A DNA stretch of 64,000 nucleotides from Candidatus Cloacimonadales bacterium (GTDB lineage: Bacteria; Cloacimonadota; Cloacimonadia; Cloacimonadales; JAIOQZ01). Location: the NCBI GenBank assembly GCA_963665815.1, contig OY762463.1, forward strand, positions 224,001-288,000, written 5' to 3'. The notes under the pieces are model-generated. The model was not told where the DNA came from. It saw only the letters and a program-made list of their open reading frames with translations, and made no database searches. Made by a program: the position numbers and the translations under genes. Below, in pieces: positions 10,147 through 19,088 of this stretch (its first letter is position 1; each line of letters begins with the position of its first letter).

Positions 10147-11694
10147 ATGACAGAAAGAGTAAAAGAACTACTGGGAATTCTGGAAGGTGTTGAAGGAAAA
10201 GACAGAATTGATCCGCTTGAAAGGCTAACTAATAATTTAATGTCAACAAAGCCGGGAGAAGCAATTAAATATGCAGCAGAAGGTCTGAAAACTGCAAGCG
10301 AATTTCAAGAGGATTACTATGTTTCCACATTCTCTAATAGATTGGGGATTTGTAATTATTACCTCGGAAATTTCGAAGATTCTTTAATGTTCTACAAAAA
10401 AGCTGCTGAAATTGATAATAGAATAGGGGAGATGAAGAACTATTGCACTAATATAAGTAATATTGCTGTTATCAAAATTATCCAGGGAAATTATGCTGAA
10501 GCTCTTGAGTCCTTGAATTCCTGTATTCCTATTGAAAAGGAACTTGGTAATTATGAAAATCTAAGCTCAACATATAACAACATTGGAAATGTCTATAATA
10601 AGCTTAATGATAATGAAAGAGCTCTGAAGTATTATCTCAAAGCATTAAGTATCAGGGAAGAACATAATCTGGAGAGGCTGCTTTTGTCATCTTATGCAAA
10701 CATTGGAGCTTTGCTGCGTACAAGCTATGAGTCCGAACGTGCGAACATGTATATCGAAAAGGGAATTGAGCTTTGTGATAAACTTGGTCAATTTCATCAA
10801 AAACCTTTCCTGCTCAATCAGAGAGCACTGATTCTTGCCTCCAGTGGTGAACTGGATACTGCCCTTGAAATTTTGAATCAATCTGTTGAACTTAATAAAC
10901 AGAATGGTAATAAAGAAGGACTGGCAGTTGCATATGAGCATATTGCAGAAATTTATAGTGATTTCCAATGCTACAAAGAATCACTTGATGCTCATAATAA
11001 CTCTTTCAGATATACCAGAGAGCTTAAAATGATGGACTATCTGATCAAAGGTCTGGTTAGAGCGGCAAATTCTTATTTAAAGATTCATGAAGTTGAAAAA
11101 GCTGAAGAGATGTTAGCAGAAGCTGAGGAATATCTCAAGAATTACGAAGATGATAATTTAAAATCAGATTTGAACAAGATTAAAGCAAAGTACTATGCTG
11201 AGCGGGGTGACTATAAGAAAGCATTTGAATGTTCTGACAGAAATTCGGATCTTGAAGCAAAAATAAGAGATAACGCCCTTAAGCAGAGAGCTCAAGAGCT
11301 TGAAATAATATATGCAGTAGAAAGAAAAGAAACGGAAAATGAGATTCTTCAACATAATAATACTGAACTCTCAGAAAAGAATTTAAGACTTGAGGAGCTG
11401 AACAGAGAATTGCTCGAAACTCAGAAGTCACTTCAGGAGAAGGAACGCAAAGTTGCTGTACTGGCAATGGCAGCAACAGCGAATCATGAGATAAACCAAC
11501 CATTAATGATAATAAAAGGCTCACTGGAATTGCTGGAAATGGAACTCGGAAAAGTTTCGCCTAAGGGAAGCAGACACTTCAAACATATCTCTGAGTCGGT
11601 AGATCGGATACAAAGAATTCTAAATACATATAAAACTGTAAATAATGTAGAATATGAGGATTATGTCGAAGATAATCCAATGGTTTCAATATAA
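10147..11694 (+). CDS. TPR-repeat protein with C-terminal HisKA/DHp domain and no HATPase_c
   Basis: Multiple TPRs (YNNIGNVYNKLNDNERALKYYLKAL); coiled coil; H-box ATANHEINQPL; ends about 65 aa later. ORF from 10114, but GAGG SD favours ATG 10147. Confidence 0.8.
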   Translation: MTERVKELLGILEGVEGKDRIDPLERLTNNLMSTKPGEAIKYAAEGLKTASEFQEDYYVSTFSNRLGICNYYLGNFEDSLMFYKKAAEIDNRIGEMKNYCTNISNIAVIKIIQGNYAEALESLNSCIPIEKELGNYENLSSTYNNIGNVYNKLNDNERALKYYLKALSIREEHNLERLLLSSYANIGALLRTSYESERANMYIEKGIELCDKLGQFHQKPFLLNQRALILASSGELDTALEILNQSVELNKQNGNKEGLAVAYEHIAEIYSDFQCYKESLDAHNNSFRYTRELKMMDYLIKGLVRAANSYLKIHEVEKAEEMLAEAEEYLKNYEDDNLKSDLNKIKAKYYAERGDYKKAFECSDRNSDLEAKIRDNALKQRAQELEIIYAVERKETENEILQHNNTELSEKNLRLEELNRELLETQKSLQEKERKVAVLAMAATANHEINQPLMIIKGSLELLEMELGKVSPKGSRHFKHISESVDRIQRILNTYKTVNNVEYEDYVEDNPMVSI

Positions 11695-11703
11695 GCAGGT
11701 GTT

Positions 11704-12162
11704 GTGATGCTTAAAGATATAGCATACAAATTGGAAAATGATAAAGCTTCCTTGATAAAAGAATTAACTGAGATTCTTGAACTCCCAGTCGTAAAAGTCA
11801 TGTATCACTTGGAAGAAGAACCGATTCGTCATTTTCTCGAGTTTTATATAAATGATTTCGGCGGTTTAGGCAGAATTGAGTATGCAGAATACAACAGACT
11901 GGAAGCTCAAGAAGATGCTGTTTCAAGATCAACAATCTGGCGAGTTGATACCTGGAGTAACTTTATCGAAGAAAATTCAGAGTTTTTCAGAGATTTGATA
12001 ATGATGGAAATTGGTATCAATGAATTTACAATGAGAGCAGACAATATGTATAAGCTTTCTTGCTGGAAAAAACAGGAAGACGGTGTTATCCGGCAAAAAG
12101 AACTGATTGCTGAAATTGATTTGAGATTTATAAACAGTTCCTGGCGAGTTCGAACTGAGTAA
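11704..12162 (+). CDS. Hypothetical protein
   Basis: 152-aa ORF 9 nt after the TPR-HisKA gene, AGGTG SD-like sequence; no motif recognised. Confidence 0.6.
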   Translation: MMLKDIAYKLENDKASLIKELTEILELPVVKVMYHLEEEPIRHFLEFYINDFGGLGRIEYAEYNRLEAQEDAVSRSTIWRVDTWSNFIEENSEFFRDLIMMEIGINEFTMRADNMYKLSCWKKQEDGVIRQKELIAEIDLRFINSSWRVRTE

Positions 12163-12261
12163 TGAATGAATTTTCAGTGAATATAATGAGGAATTACGAA
12201 ATAAAAATCTTGACTATACTGTAAAGAAATAAGTTAGTGTCATTCAGTAAAGAGGCTTAAA

Positions 12262-12555
12262 ATGAAAAAATGTCCAATATGTCATCAGCATACTCTATTG
12301 AATGAGTTAACTACTGATACCAGAAAAAGAGAAATCAGGGGGATATGTCTTAATTGTGGAAGGTTTAGTATAACTGAATCTTTTATGGATGATGCCAGAG
12401 ATGCAGGCGTATATAATTCCAGTATTTCTTTGATTACTAAAAGAGAATCTATAAACAGCAATGACGCTACAAGAATCTCTTCTCTTTCTGATTTCAGGAA
12501 GCTTGCAGAAAAATACAAAATAAAAATTGCTTACAGGTGCAGACCGGAACTCTAA
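12262..12555 (+). CDS. Small zinc-ribbon-like protein
   Basis: CPIC...CLNC; GAGG SD; TTGACT at 12210. Confidence 0.55.
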   Translation: MKKCPICHQHTLLNELTTDTRKREIRGICLNCGRFSITESFMDDARDAGVYNSSISLITKRESINSNDATRISSLSDFRKLAEKYKIKIAYRCRPEL

Positions 12556-13811
12556 CACTGTTTTACGTGAAAATCTAACTCTTCAAGCTTGTCAAAAAAA
12601 TCCGGAAAGGATTTTTTAACTGATTCTGTTTCTGACAGTCTCAGAAATGGGAAAACACTCTTCAATATTGAGAAAGACATAACAACTCTGTGATCTTCAT
12701 AAGTGTCTATTACGACAGGTAATGGATTCATTTTTAATGGATGAATAACAATGCTGTTATCTTTTAAAGCGTATAACACACCAATCTTAGTGAAATTATC
12801 TATCATTGCTTTTATTCTATCTGTTTCTTTATATCTTAAATGATTTATCCCGGATATTACTGTGGGTGAATCAGCAAAAAGAGCGAGAATAGCAAGAGTG
12901 AGAACCTGGTCAGGCATTGTACTCATATCTGCATTGATACCATGAAGTTCATTCTTTCTGACGCTTGCATATTTTGAAATCAAATTTACTTCTGCCCCCA
13001 TTTTTTTTAGAATGGAGAAGAATCCTGTATCCGCCTGATCGAAATCAATATCCTTTATCTCAATACCGGTTTGGCTTAATGCTCCCAATGCACCAAAGTA
13101 ACAGGCCGAGGACATGTCACCGGGAATAAAAATTTCTTTAGGGAATTTGTATTCCTGACTACATCTGATTTTTATTTTATCATCGGATTTATCAACAGCA
13201 ATACCGTTTTCTTCCATTAAACTGATAGTTAAATCAATATATTTCATACTCACTTGCTTTGGATGTAACATCACTTCTGTGTCTTCAGAAAAATAAGGAG
13301 CTGAAAGCAGAATACTACTTAAATACTGACTGCTGACATCAGGGCTGATATCAACAATTCCACCATTAAGCCTTGTCCCGGTTATTTTAACTGAATCTTT
13401 ATGAGGTGTGACATCCCCCTTCATGTTATTAATCGCCTGATAAAGTAAATCCGTTGGTCTCAAAGCAAGTTGATCTGATACTTTAATTTTTGTAAGTAGC
13501 CTTGGATAGTTTGCGAGTCTTGTCAGGAGGAATCGATATGCAGAAGCCGAATTTTTTATGTATAATTCAATATTCTCAGAAATTTGTCCATTATAGTTAA
13601 TTATCACATTCGAATCATTATGTGTGAAAGTATATCCCAGTTTCTTCATTGTATTCTCAAATGTTTTGATATCTTCAGCTCTTGAGTAGTTCTTAAGTTT
13701 AACAGATGTATGAGAATAAGAGATCATTGTCAGTAATCTCTGGATTACAGATTTTGATCCCGGGAAGAGGATACTTTTCTGTTTATTTGTAAGTAATATT
13801 GATTTATACAT
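12552..13811 (-). CDS. aroA: 3-phosphoshikimate 1-carboxyvinyltransferase (EPSP synthase)
   Basis: PGSKS, SSQYLSSILL, LRYKETDRI, EDHR, KSFPDFF motifs. Confidence 0.92.
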   Translation of the reverse strand: MYKSILLTNKQKSILFPGSKSVIQRLLTMISYSHTSVKLKNYSRAEDIKTFENTMKKLGYTFTHNDSNVIINYNGQISENIELYIKNSASAYRFLLTRLANYPRLLTKIKVSDQLALRPTDLLYQAINNMKGDVTPHKDSVKITGTRLNGGIVDISPDVSSQYLSSILLSAPYFSEDTEVMLHPKQVSMKYIDLTISLMEENGIAVDKSDDKIKIRCSQEYKFPKEIFIPGDMSSACYFGALGALSQTGIEIKDIDFDQADTGFFSILKKMGAEVNLISKYASVRKNELHGINADMSTMPDQVLTLAILALFADSPTVISGINHLRYKETDRIKAMIDNFTKIGVLYALKDNSIVIHPLKMNPLPVVIDTYEDHRVVMSFSILKSVFPFLRLSETESVKKSFPDFFDKLEELDFHVKQC

Positions 13812-13863
13812 GCAAACCTCATTAATTTGCTTTACATACTACAAACATGTGCTATCTCTTGAC

Positions 13864-13879
13864 AAGATAAATTTATCTT
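13864..13879. promoter_or_regulatory. Perfect 16-bp palindrome, possible operator
   Basis: AAGATAAATTTATCTT directly after TTGACA (13859-13864) in the divergent aroA intergenic region. Confidence 0.4.
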
Positions 13880-13897
13880 TATGTGAAAAGGATTTAT

Positions 13898-16750
13898 ATG
13901 GAAGCTATTGAAAAAATCTTTGATATAATGAGATACGGTGTAGAAGATTATCATACTCTCATGCAGAGAAAAGTCAACAGGGTACTAATGGTTTCATCTG
14001 TTTATGATGCTTTTACTTTTGAAAAGGATGGAAAGCTATCTGATCGGTTATATGGTGAATACAGAAAACTTGATTTATCCTCCAATCCGGAGTTTGTTAA
14101 TGTGTCTACTGCAGATCAGGCTCTGGAAGCTATTCGATATGAAAACTTCGATCTGGTCATAACGCTCCTCAGAATAGGTGAAATGTCAGTCTTTGATTTC
14201 TCGAAGAAAGTAAAACATATTGCACCGGATCTCGGCTTAGTTCTTCTTCTTAATATACCATCTGATATTTCTATTGTTGAGAGAAACAGGAATCAGATGA
14301 GTGCCATAGACGAAGTTTACCTCTGGAATGGAGATATAAATCTATTTCTGGCGATTATTAAGCAGGTTGAAGATAAACTAAACTATGAGAATGATATACT
14401 TAAATGCGATATCCCTTTGATTCTGCTTGTAGAGGACAGTATTGCATATTACTCAAAATTTCTCCCTCTTTTGTATTCGGAGATTATGCAGCAGACACAG
14501 CGTCTGATTAAAAGCGAACTTGATGATTTGCAAAAAAGATACCACATGAAAGCTAGAGCAAAAGTATTGATGGTACATAATTATGAGGATGCTGTTTTCT
14601 TTTTTAAGAAATACAGAAAACAATTATACTTAGTAATTTCTGATGTCAGGTACCCGATGTCGGGTGAATTATGTAAAGACGCAGGTTTGCAGCTCATCAG
14701 ATTAGTAAAGGAATACGGTACGGATATTCCCTGTATTCTGCAATCATCAGAAGAACATAACAGAGAACTTGCTACAGAAATGTCTGTTTCTTTCCTCAAT
14801 AAACATTCACATACTCTGCTGAAAGATCTACGGTTTGTGCTTGTCGAATTCCTCGGCTATGGAGAATTTGTTTTCAGGGATAAATACGGGAATGAATGCA
14901 GAAGAGCAGAAACTATAAGCGACTTCATAAGCAGTTTACATGATGTCAATAATGAGTGCATTAAGTACCACGCTGAACGTAATCATTTTTCAAGGTGGTT
15001 TACTGCTCACGGTTTTTTACAGATGGCTCAGGATTTGAAAAAGAAGAAATTATCTGATTTTTCGTGTGTTGAAGATGTTAAAAAATATCTCAAAGAAATA
15101 TACTATCACGTTTACAGAAGTAAGTTTCAGGGCAAAGTAATTCAGTATGATAAAAGGAATATAGGTAAGAAGAATCAGATAATGCTCCTGAGTGAAGGAT
15201 CCTTTGGTGGAAAAGGGCGTGGAATTACTTTCCTTAATGCATTGGCATCGGCAGTTAAAAGAAAATCGAATATTCATGATTTTGATGTTGTTATACCATC
15301 GACATACATAATTGGGACTGATGAAATGCTGGAATTTATTCAGAAAAACGGTTATCCGGATATGGAGAACGATGAAGAGCGTGAGGAACTCTTCATGAAC
15401 GGTACTTTTTCTGATGTGTTAAATGAAAGACTGTTTGAAATTGCAGAAAGAACTCATTCTCCTTTAGTTGTAAGATCTTCCGGGCTGCTCGAAGATACAT
15501 TGTCAATTCCTGTAGCCGGACTTTACGAAACAGTTTTTGTAAGTAACTCAGATAAAGATGTTAATTTTAGGTTCAACGAACTTAAAAAGGCAGTCAGAAA
15601 AGTATATTCATCCCTGTATAAAAAAGAAGTTCAGGATTTTCTCAGATCTGTTAACTATTTGATGCAGAATGAAAAAATGGCTGTCATTATACAGGAAGTT
15701 GCCGGTCATAAGAAAATCGGTTACTTTTATCCTGATGTATCAGGGATTGTGAGATCTCCTTTTTTTGAGCAGACTCAAACACCATCAGTATCACTATGTC
15801 TCGGACTGGGAACGGCATTAGAGGAGCAGCAGACTTTTTACTCTTGTGTATCTGATTCCGGAAGACCGGATAGCTGTAGACTTCCATATTCAAAACATAT
15901 TTCCGGGAGACAAGAACTTGTTAGTTTGATTAACCTTCCTGAACACAAGATTGAGAATGTAGACATCGATGTTTTCAACGAAAGAAATGAAACAACTGGA
16001 TTTAACAACGATCTTGAGTCTGTTTATAATCGTTTCGAAAAAGTCTATGATGATCTAATAAATGTTTTAACTTTATACACAGGTTTGATTGAGAATTTTC
16101 TTCAGACTTCAGTTGAAATTGAGTTTTCTTTTGATCTGGCTAAAAAGGAAGGAGCTCGAAACAAAATTTATCTTTTACAGGTTAAGCCGTTCAGCAGAGA
16201 TCAGTATCAGCTAAACGATTTCAGTTTGTTAAACAAGACTTATAAGCCTGATATTCTTATCACAAATTGTTATGGTCACGGAATTATTGATTCAATAAAG
16301 ACGATAATTATTCATAAGGTTATTCCTGAAAACGATCTTGAGGCGGGATATATTGCCAGTGAACTCAATGAATTAAACAGTAAAATGAAAAAAATGGATA
16401 GAGAATATGTTCTGATAGGTAAAGGGAAATGGGGAGGACGTGTAGCGACCAAAAGCATTCCTGTAAATGCAATGAATATCAGTCATGCAAGAATATTTAT
16501 CAATATTCTGGACATTGTGGACGAATCATTTTATTTCACTCATTTTTTCTTTAACCTTAATGTTATGGATACTGTTTATATGCAGACAATATCTAACCCT
16601 CATCAAGACTACATTAACTTAGAAAAAGTAAAAGAAAAATCTGAAACAGAAGCACATGAGTATTTCGATATAATAGAATTAAAAGCAGATTCAAAAATCA
16701 TTATGAATGGAAGGAAAAACACTTTTAAGTTCTACACTGATTTCAGGTAG
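13898..16750 (+). CDS. PEP/pyruvate-binding (PPDK_N) domain protein with N-terminal receiver-like domains
   Basis: REC-like segments (LILLVEDS, LVISDVRYP); GGKGRG, PLVVRSSGLLED, AGLYET, MAVIIQEV, EIEF, YLLQVKP; ORF from 13883, likely start 13898. Confidence 0.8.
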   Translation: MEAIEKIFDIMRYGVEDYHTLMQRKVNRVLMVSSVYDAFTFEKDGKLSDRLYGEYRKLDLSSNPEFVNVSTADQALEAIRYENFDLVITLLRIGEMSVFDFSKKVKHIAPDLGLVLLLNIPSDISIVERNRNQMSAIDEVYLWNGDINLFLAIIKQVEDKLNYENDILKCDIPLILLVEDSIAYYSKFLPLLYSEIMQQTQRLIKSELDDLQKRYHMKARAKVLMVHNYEDAVFFFKKYRKQLYLVISDVRYPMSGELCKDAGLQLIRLVKEYGTDIPCILQSSEEHNRELATEMSVSFLNKHSHTLLKDLRFVLVEFLGYGEFVFRDKYGNECRRAETISDFISSLHDVNNECIKYHAERNHFSRWFTAHGFLQMAQDLKKKKLSDFSCVEDVKKYLKEIYYHVYRSKFQGKVIQYDKRNIGKKNQIMLLSEGSFGGKGRGITFLNALASAVKRKSNIHDFDVVIPSTYIIGTDEMLEFIQKNGYPDMENDEEREELFMNGTFSDVLNERLFEIAERTHSPLVVRSSGLLEDTLSIPVAGLYETVFVSNSDKDVNFRFNELKKAVRKVYSSLYKKEVQDFLRSVNYLMQNEKMAVIIQEVAGHKKIGYFYPDVSGIVRSPFFEQTQTPSVSLCLGLGTALEEQQTFYSCVSDSGRPDSCRLPYSKHISGRQELVSLINLPEHKIENVDIDVFNERNETTGFNNDLESVYNRFEKVYDDLINVLTLYTGLIENFLQTSVEIEFSFDLAKKEGARNKIYLLQVKPFSRDQYQLNDFSLLNKTYKPDILITNCYGHGIIDSIKTIIIHKVIPENDLEAGYIASELNELNSKMKKMDREYVLIGKGKWGGRVATKSIPVNAMNISHARIFINILDIVDESFYFTHFFFNLNVMDTVYMQTISNPHQDYINLEKVKEKSETEAHEYFDIIELKADSKIIMNGRKNTFKFYTDFR

Positions 16751-18644
16751 CTGTTTCTCCTTCTTTCTTGATAAGTTTTGATAATATCATGCTGAACTCT
16801 TCTTTTTGAAATGGTTTCTTTACTAATGAGAACTCTCCGATTTTTTTCATAAGTTTAACAGTCTGCTCATTAATGAATCCTGTAAGAATAATTACACTTT
16901 TTTCTTTATCCATTTCTCTTATGTATTTAAAGGCTTCTTTTCCGTCCATAACCGGCATTGTCATATCCAGAATTACAAGATCTATTAATTCTTTCTTTTG
17001 TTCAAAGGTATTTACCGCCTCTGCACCATTTTTTGTAAGAATCACATTATAACCGAGGTATTCAAGAATCTTCTGCAGCGTAATTCTGACAATCTCCTCA
17101 TCATCTGCAAGGAGAATTGTTCCCTGACCTTTTTGAGCTTCTAATGTACTTTCTTCTGAATCTCCAGAGCTGATGTGAATAGGCAGGAGAATTTTAAAAG
17201 TGGTTCCTACACCGGTTTCACTTTCTACATTTATTAAACCATTATGTTCTTTTATAATACCGTATGCTGCCGAGAGTCCCAATCCTGTTCCTTCTCCTTC
17301 CTTTTTGGTTGTAAAGAAAGGCTCAAATATTTTTTTCAGGTTTTCAGGAAGTATACCGCAGCCATCGTCAGCAATTGAAAGCTCAATGTATTCTCCTGGT
17401 TGTATCAGTTCAGCAATCTCATTAACTTGAGCTTTAGTAAAATTTACATTTCTGGTGCAAAACTTCAATGTCCCGTCAATATTCATTGCATGGCTGGCAT
17501 TGATTCCCATATTAAGTATTACATTTTGTAATTGTGAACTGTCACAATGCAGCAGAGATGATTCAGCAGAGAAATCAGTAAACACATTAATTTTCTTGTT
17601 AATACTTCTCTCAAGGATTGTTTTGGTCTCATTGACAAGACTGTGCAAGTCAATATCTTTTAACTCTTTTTTGCTCTTCCTGCTGAAAAACAACAGTTTT
17701 GATGTTAAATCAGCAGCTCTTAATGATGTATTGAATATAATATCCAGAAATTCTCTGGTATCCTCTTCAATGTCTCCATTATCTCTGATAACTTCTACAG
17801 CTCCAATTATTCCGGTTAGCAGATTATTGAAATCATGAGCAATTCCTCCGGAAAGCTGCCCAAGAGATTCCATTTTTCTGGCATGTCTCAGCTCGTTCTC
17901 GATGTTTATCTTTTCTGTAATATCCTCGGACATGAGAATAAAGCCGTTTATACCTCTTTTATTGTGTACAGGAAATGATCGAATCAGCTTTGTAACTTCT
18001 TCATTGCCACTTTTCCTGTGGACTATTTCTTCATGTGGTTCACCATCTGTAAGTGTAAGTATTCCGGGACAATTATCGCAAACACAGTCCTGAGAATTAC
18101 CAAAGAAATAATAACACTTTCTTCCAATGAAATAGGATTCTTCGCATCTATAATTGTTTTGGAGCTCTGAATTTACCATCTGAATAGTGAAGTATGAATC
18201 AACATAGAACAGCTCAAAACTGATGCTATCGAATAAATTTCTGTGCATGTTCTGGATTCTTTTTAACTCATCATCTCTGCTAATGTCATTTACAATACGC
18301 ATAACCACTTCAGGCAATAAATCCAGAAAATTAGAGTCTTTGACGATATAGTCTCTTGCTCCAAGTTTCATCATTTCTACAGCAATCTTCTCGTCACCTC
18401 TTCCTGTGGCTACAAGAAAAGGGGGAATCATTATACGGTTACTCCGTAACTCGGTTATCAACTCTTTGCCATTCATGTCAGGAAGACTGTAGTCCAGAAT
18501 CAACAGATCCGGAGTTATATCATCCAGCTTTTCTATAACTTCACCTGCGTTGTACATATTGACAACTTTATGCCCTTTGTTTTCAAGAATATCCTTCTGA
18601 AGGAATCCTAATCCTATATCATCTTCAATAACTGCAATTTTCAT
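16743..18644 (-). CDS. Hybrid histidine kinase REC-PAS-HisKA-HATPase-REC
   Basis: N-terminal REC (IEDD, LDYSLPD); H-box GGIAHDFNNLL; EPFFTTK, GTGLGLS; C-terminal REC (ADDE, LDMTMP). Confidence 0.92.
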   Translation of the reverse strand: MKIAVIEDDIGLGFLQKDILENKGHKVVNMYNAGEVIEKLDDITPDLLILDYSLPDMNGKELITELRSNRIMIPPFLVATGRGDEKIAVEMMKLGARDYIVKDSNFLDLLPEVVMRIVNDISRDDELKRIQNMHRNLFDSISFELFYVDSYFTIQMVNSELQNNYRCEESYFIGRKCYYFFGNSQDCVCDNCPGILTLTDGEPHEEIVHRKSGNEEVTKLIRSFPVHNKRGINGFILMSEDITEKINIENELRHARKMESLGQLSGGIAHDFNNLLTGIIGAVEVIRDNGDIEEDTREFLDIIFNTSLRAADLTSKLLFFSRKSKKELKDIDLHSLVNETKTILERSINKKINVFTDFSAESSLLHCDSSQLQNVILNMGINASHAMNIDGTLKFCTRNVNFTKAQVNEIAELIQPGEYIELSIADDGCGILPENLKKIFEPFFTTKKEGEGTGLGLSAAYGIIKEHNGLINVESETGVGTTFKILLPIHISSGDSEESTLEAQKGQGTILLADDEEIVRITLQKILEYLGYNVILTKNGAEAVNTFEQKKELIDLVILDMTMPVMDGKEAFKYIREMDKEKSVIILTGFINEQTVKLMKKIGEFSLVKKPFQKEEFSMILSKLIKKEGETAT

Positions 18645-18656
18645 AATTAGTCCCGA

Positions 18657-19076
18657 TTATATTTTTATAACTTGTATAAATAGTCCAAGTCTGCTCAAGG
18701 TGTTAACAAATTCAGTGAAATCAATTGGTTTAGTAATGTAGCAACTGCATCCAAGTTCATAACAGTTTTTGATTTCTCGTGGGTCATCTGTTGTAGTAAG
18801 TATCATCACCGGAATCTTTTTTAAATCTTTATCTTGCTTCATGTTTTCCAGAACCTCAATCCCTGACATTCTCGGCATATTAATATCAAGAAGCACAAGA
18901 GGGTGATTGTTTACAGCGTTGGTTCCTTTTTGGGTTTCATTGAGAAATTCCCAAAGAGATTTACCATCTTCAAATCTGGTTATCGTATTATAAATACCGG
19001 CTCTTTGCAGGGTTTCTCTGATCAGGAGAGCATGTCCATCGTCATCTTCTGCAATAAGTATTTCCAGTTTGTTCAT
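18657..19076 (-). CDS. Single-domain response regulator (Rcp1-like)
   Basis: AEDDDGH, LLDINMP, LTTTDDPREI, CYITKP. Confidence 0.92.
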   Translation of the reverse strand: MNKLEILIAEDDDGHALLIRETLQRAGIYNTITRFEDGKSLWEFLNETQKGTNAVNNHPLVLLDINMPRMSGIEVLENMKQDKDLKKIPVMILTTTDDPREIKNCYELGCSCYITKPIDFTEFVNTLSRLGLFIQVIKI

Positions 19077-19088
19077 CTTTTATTTCCT

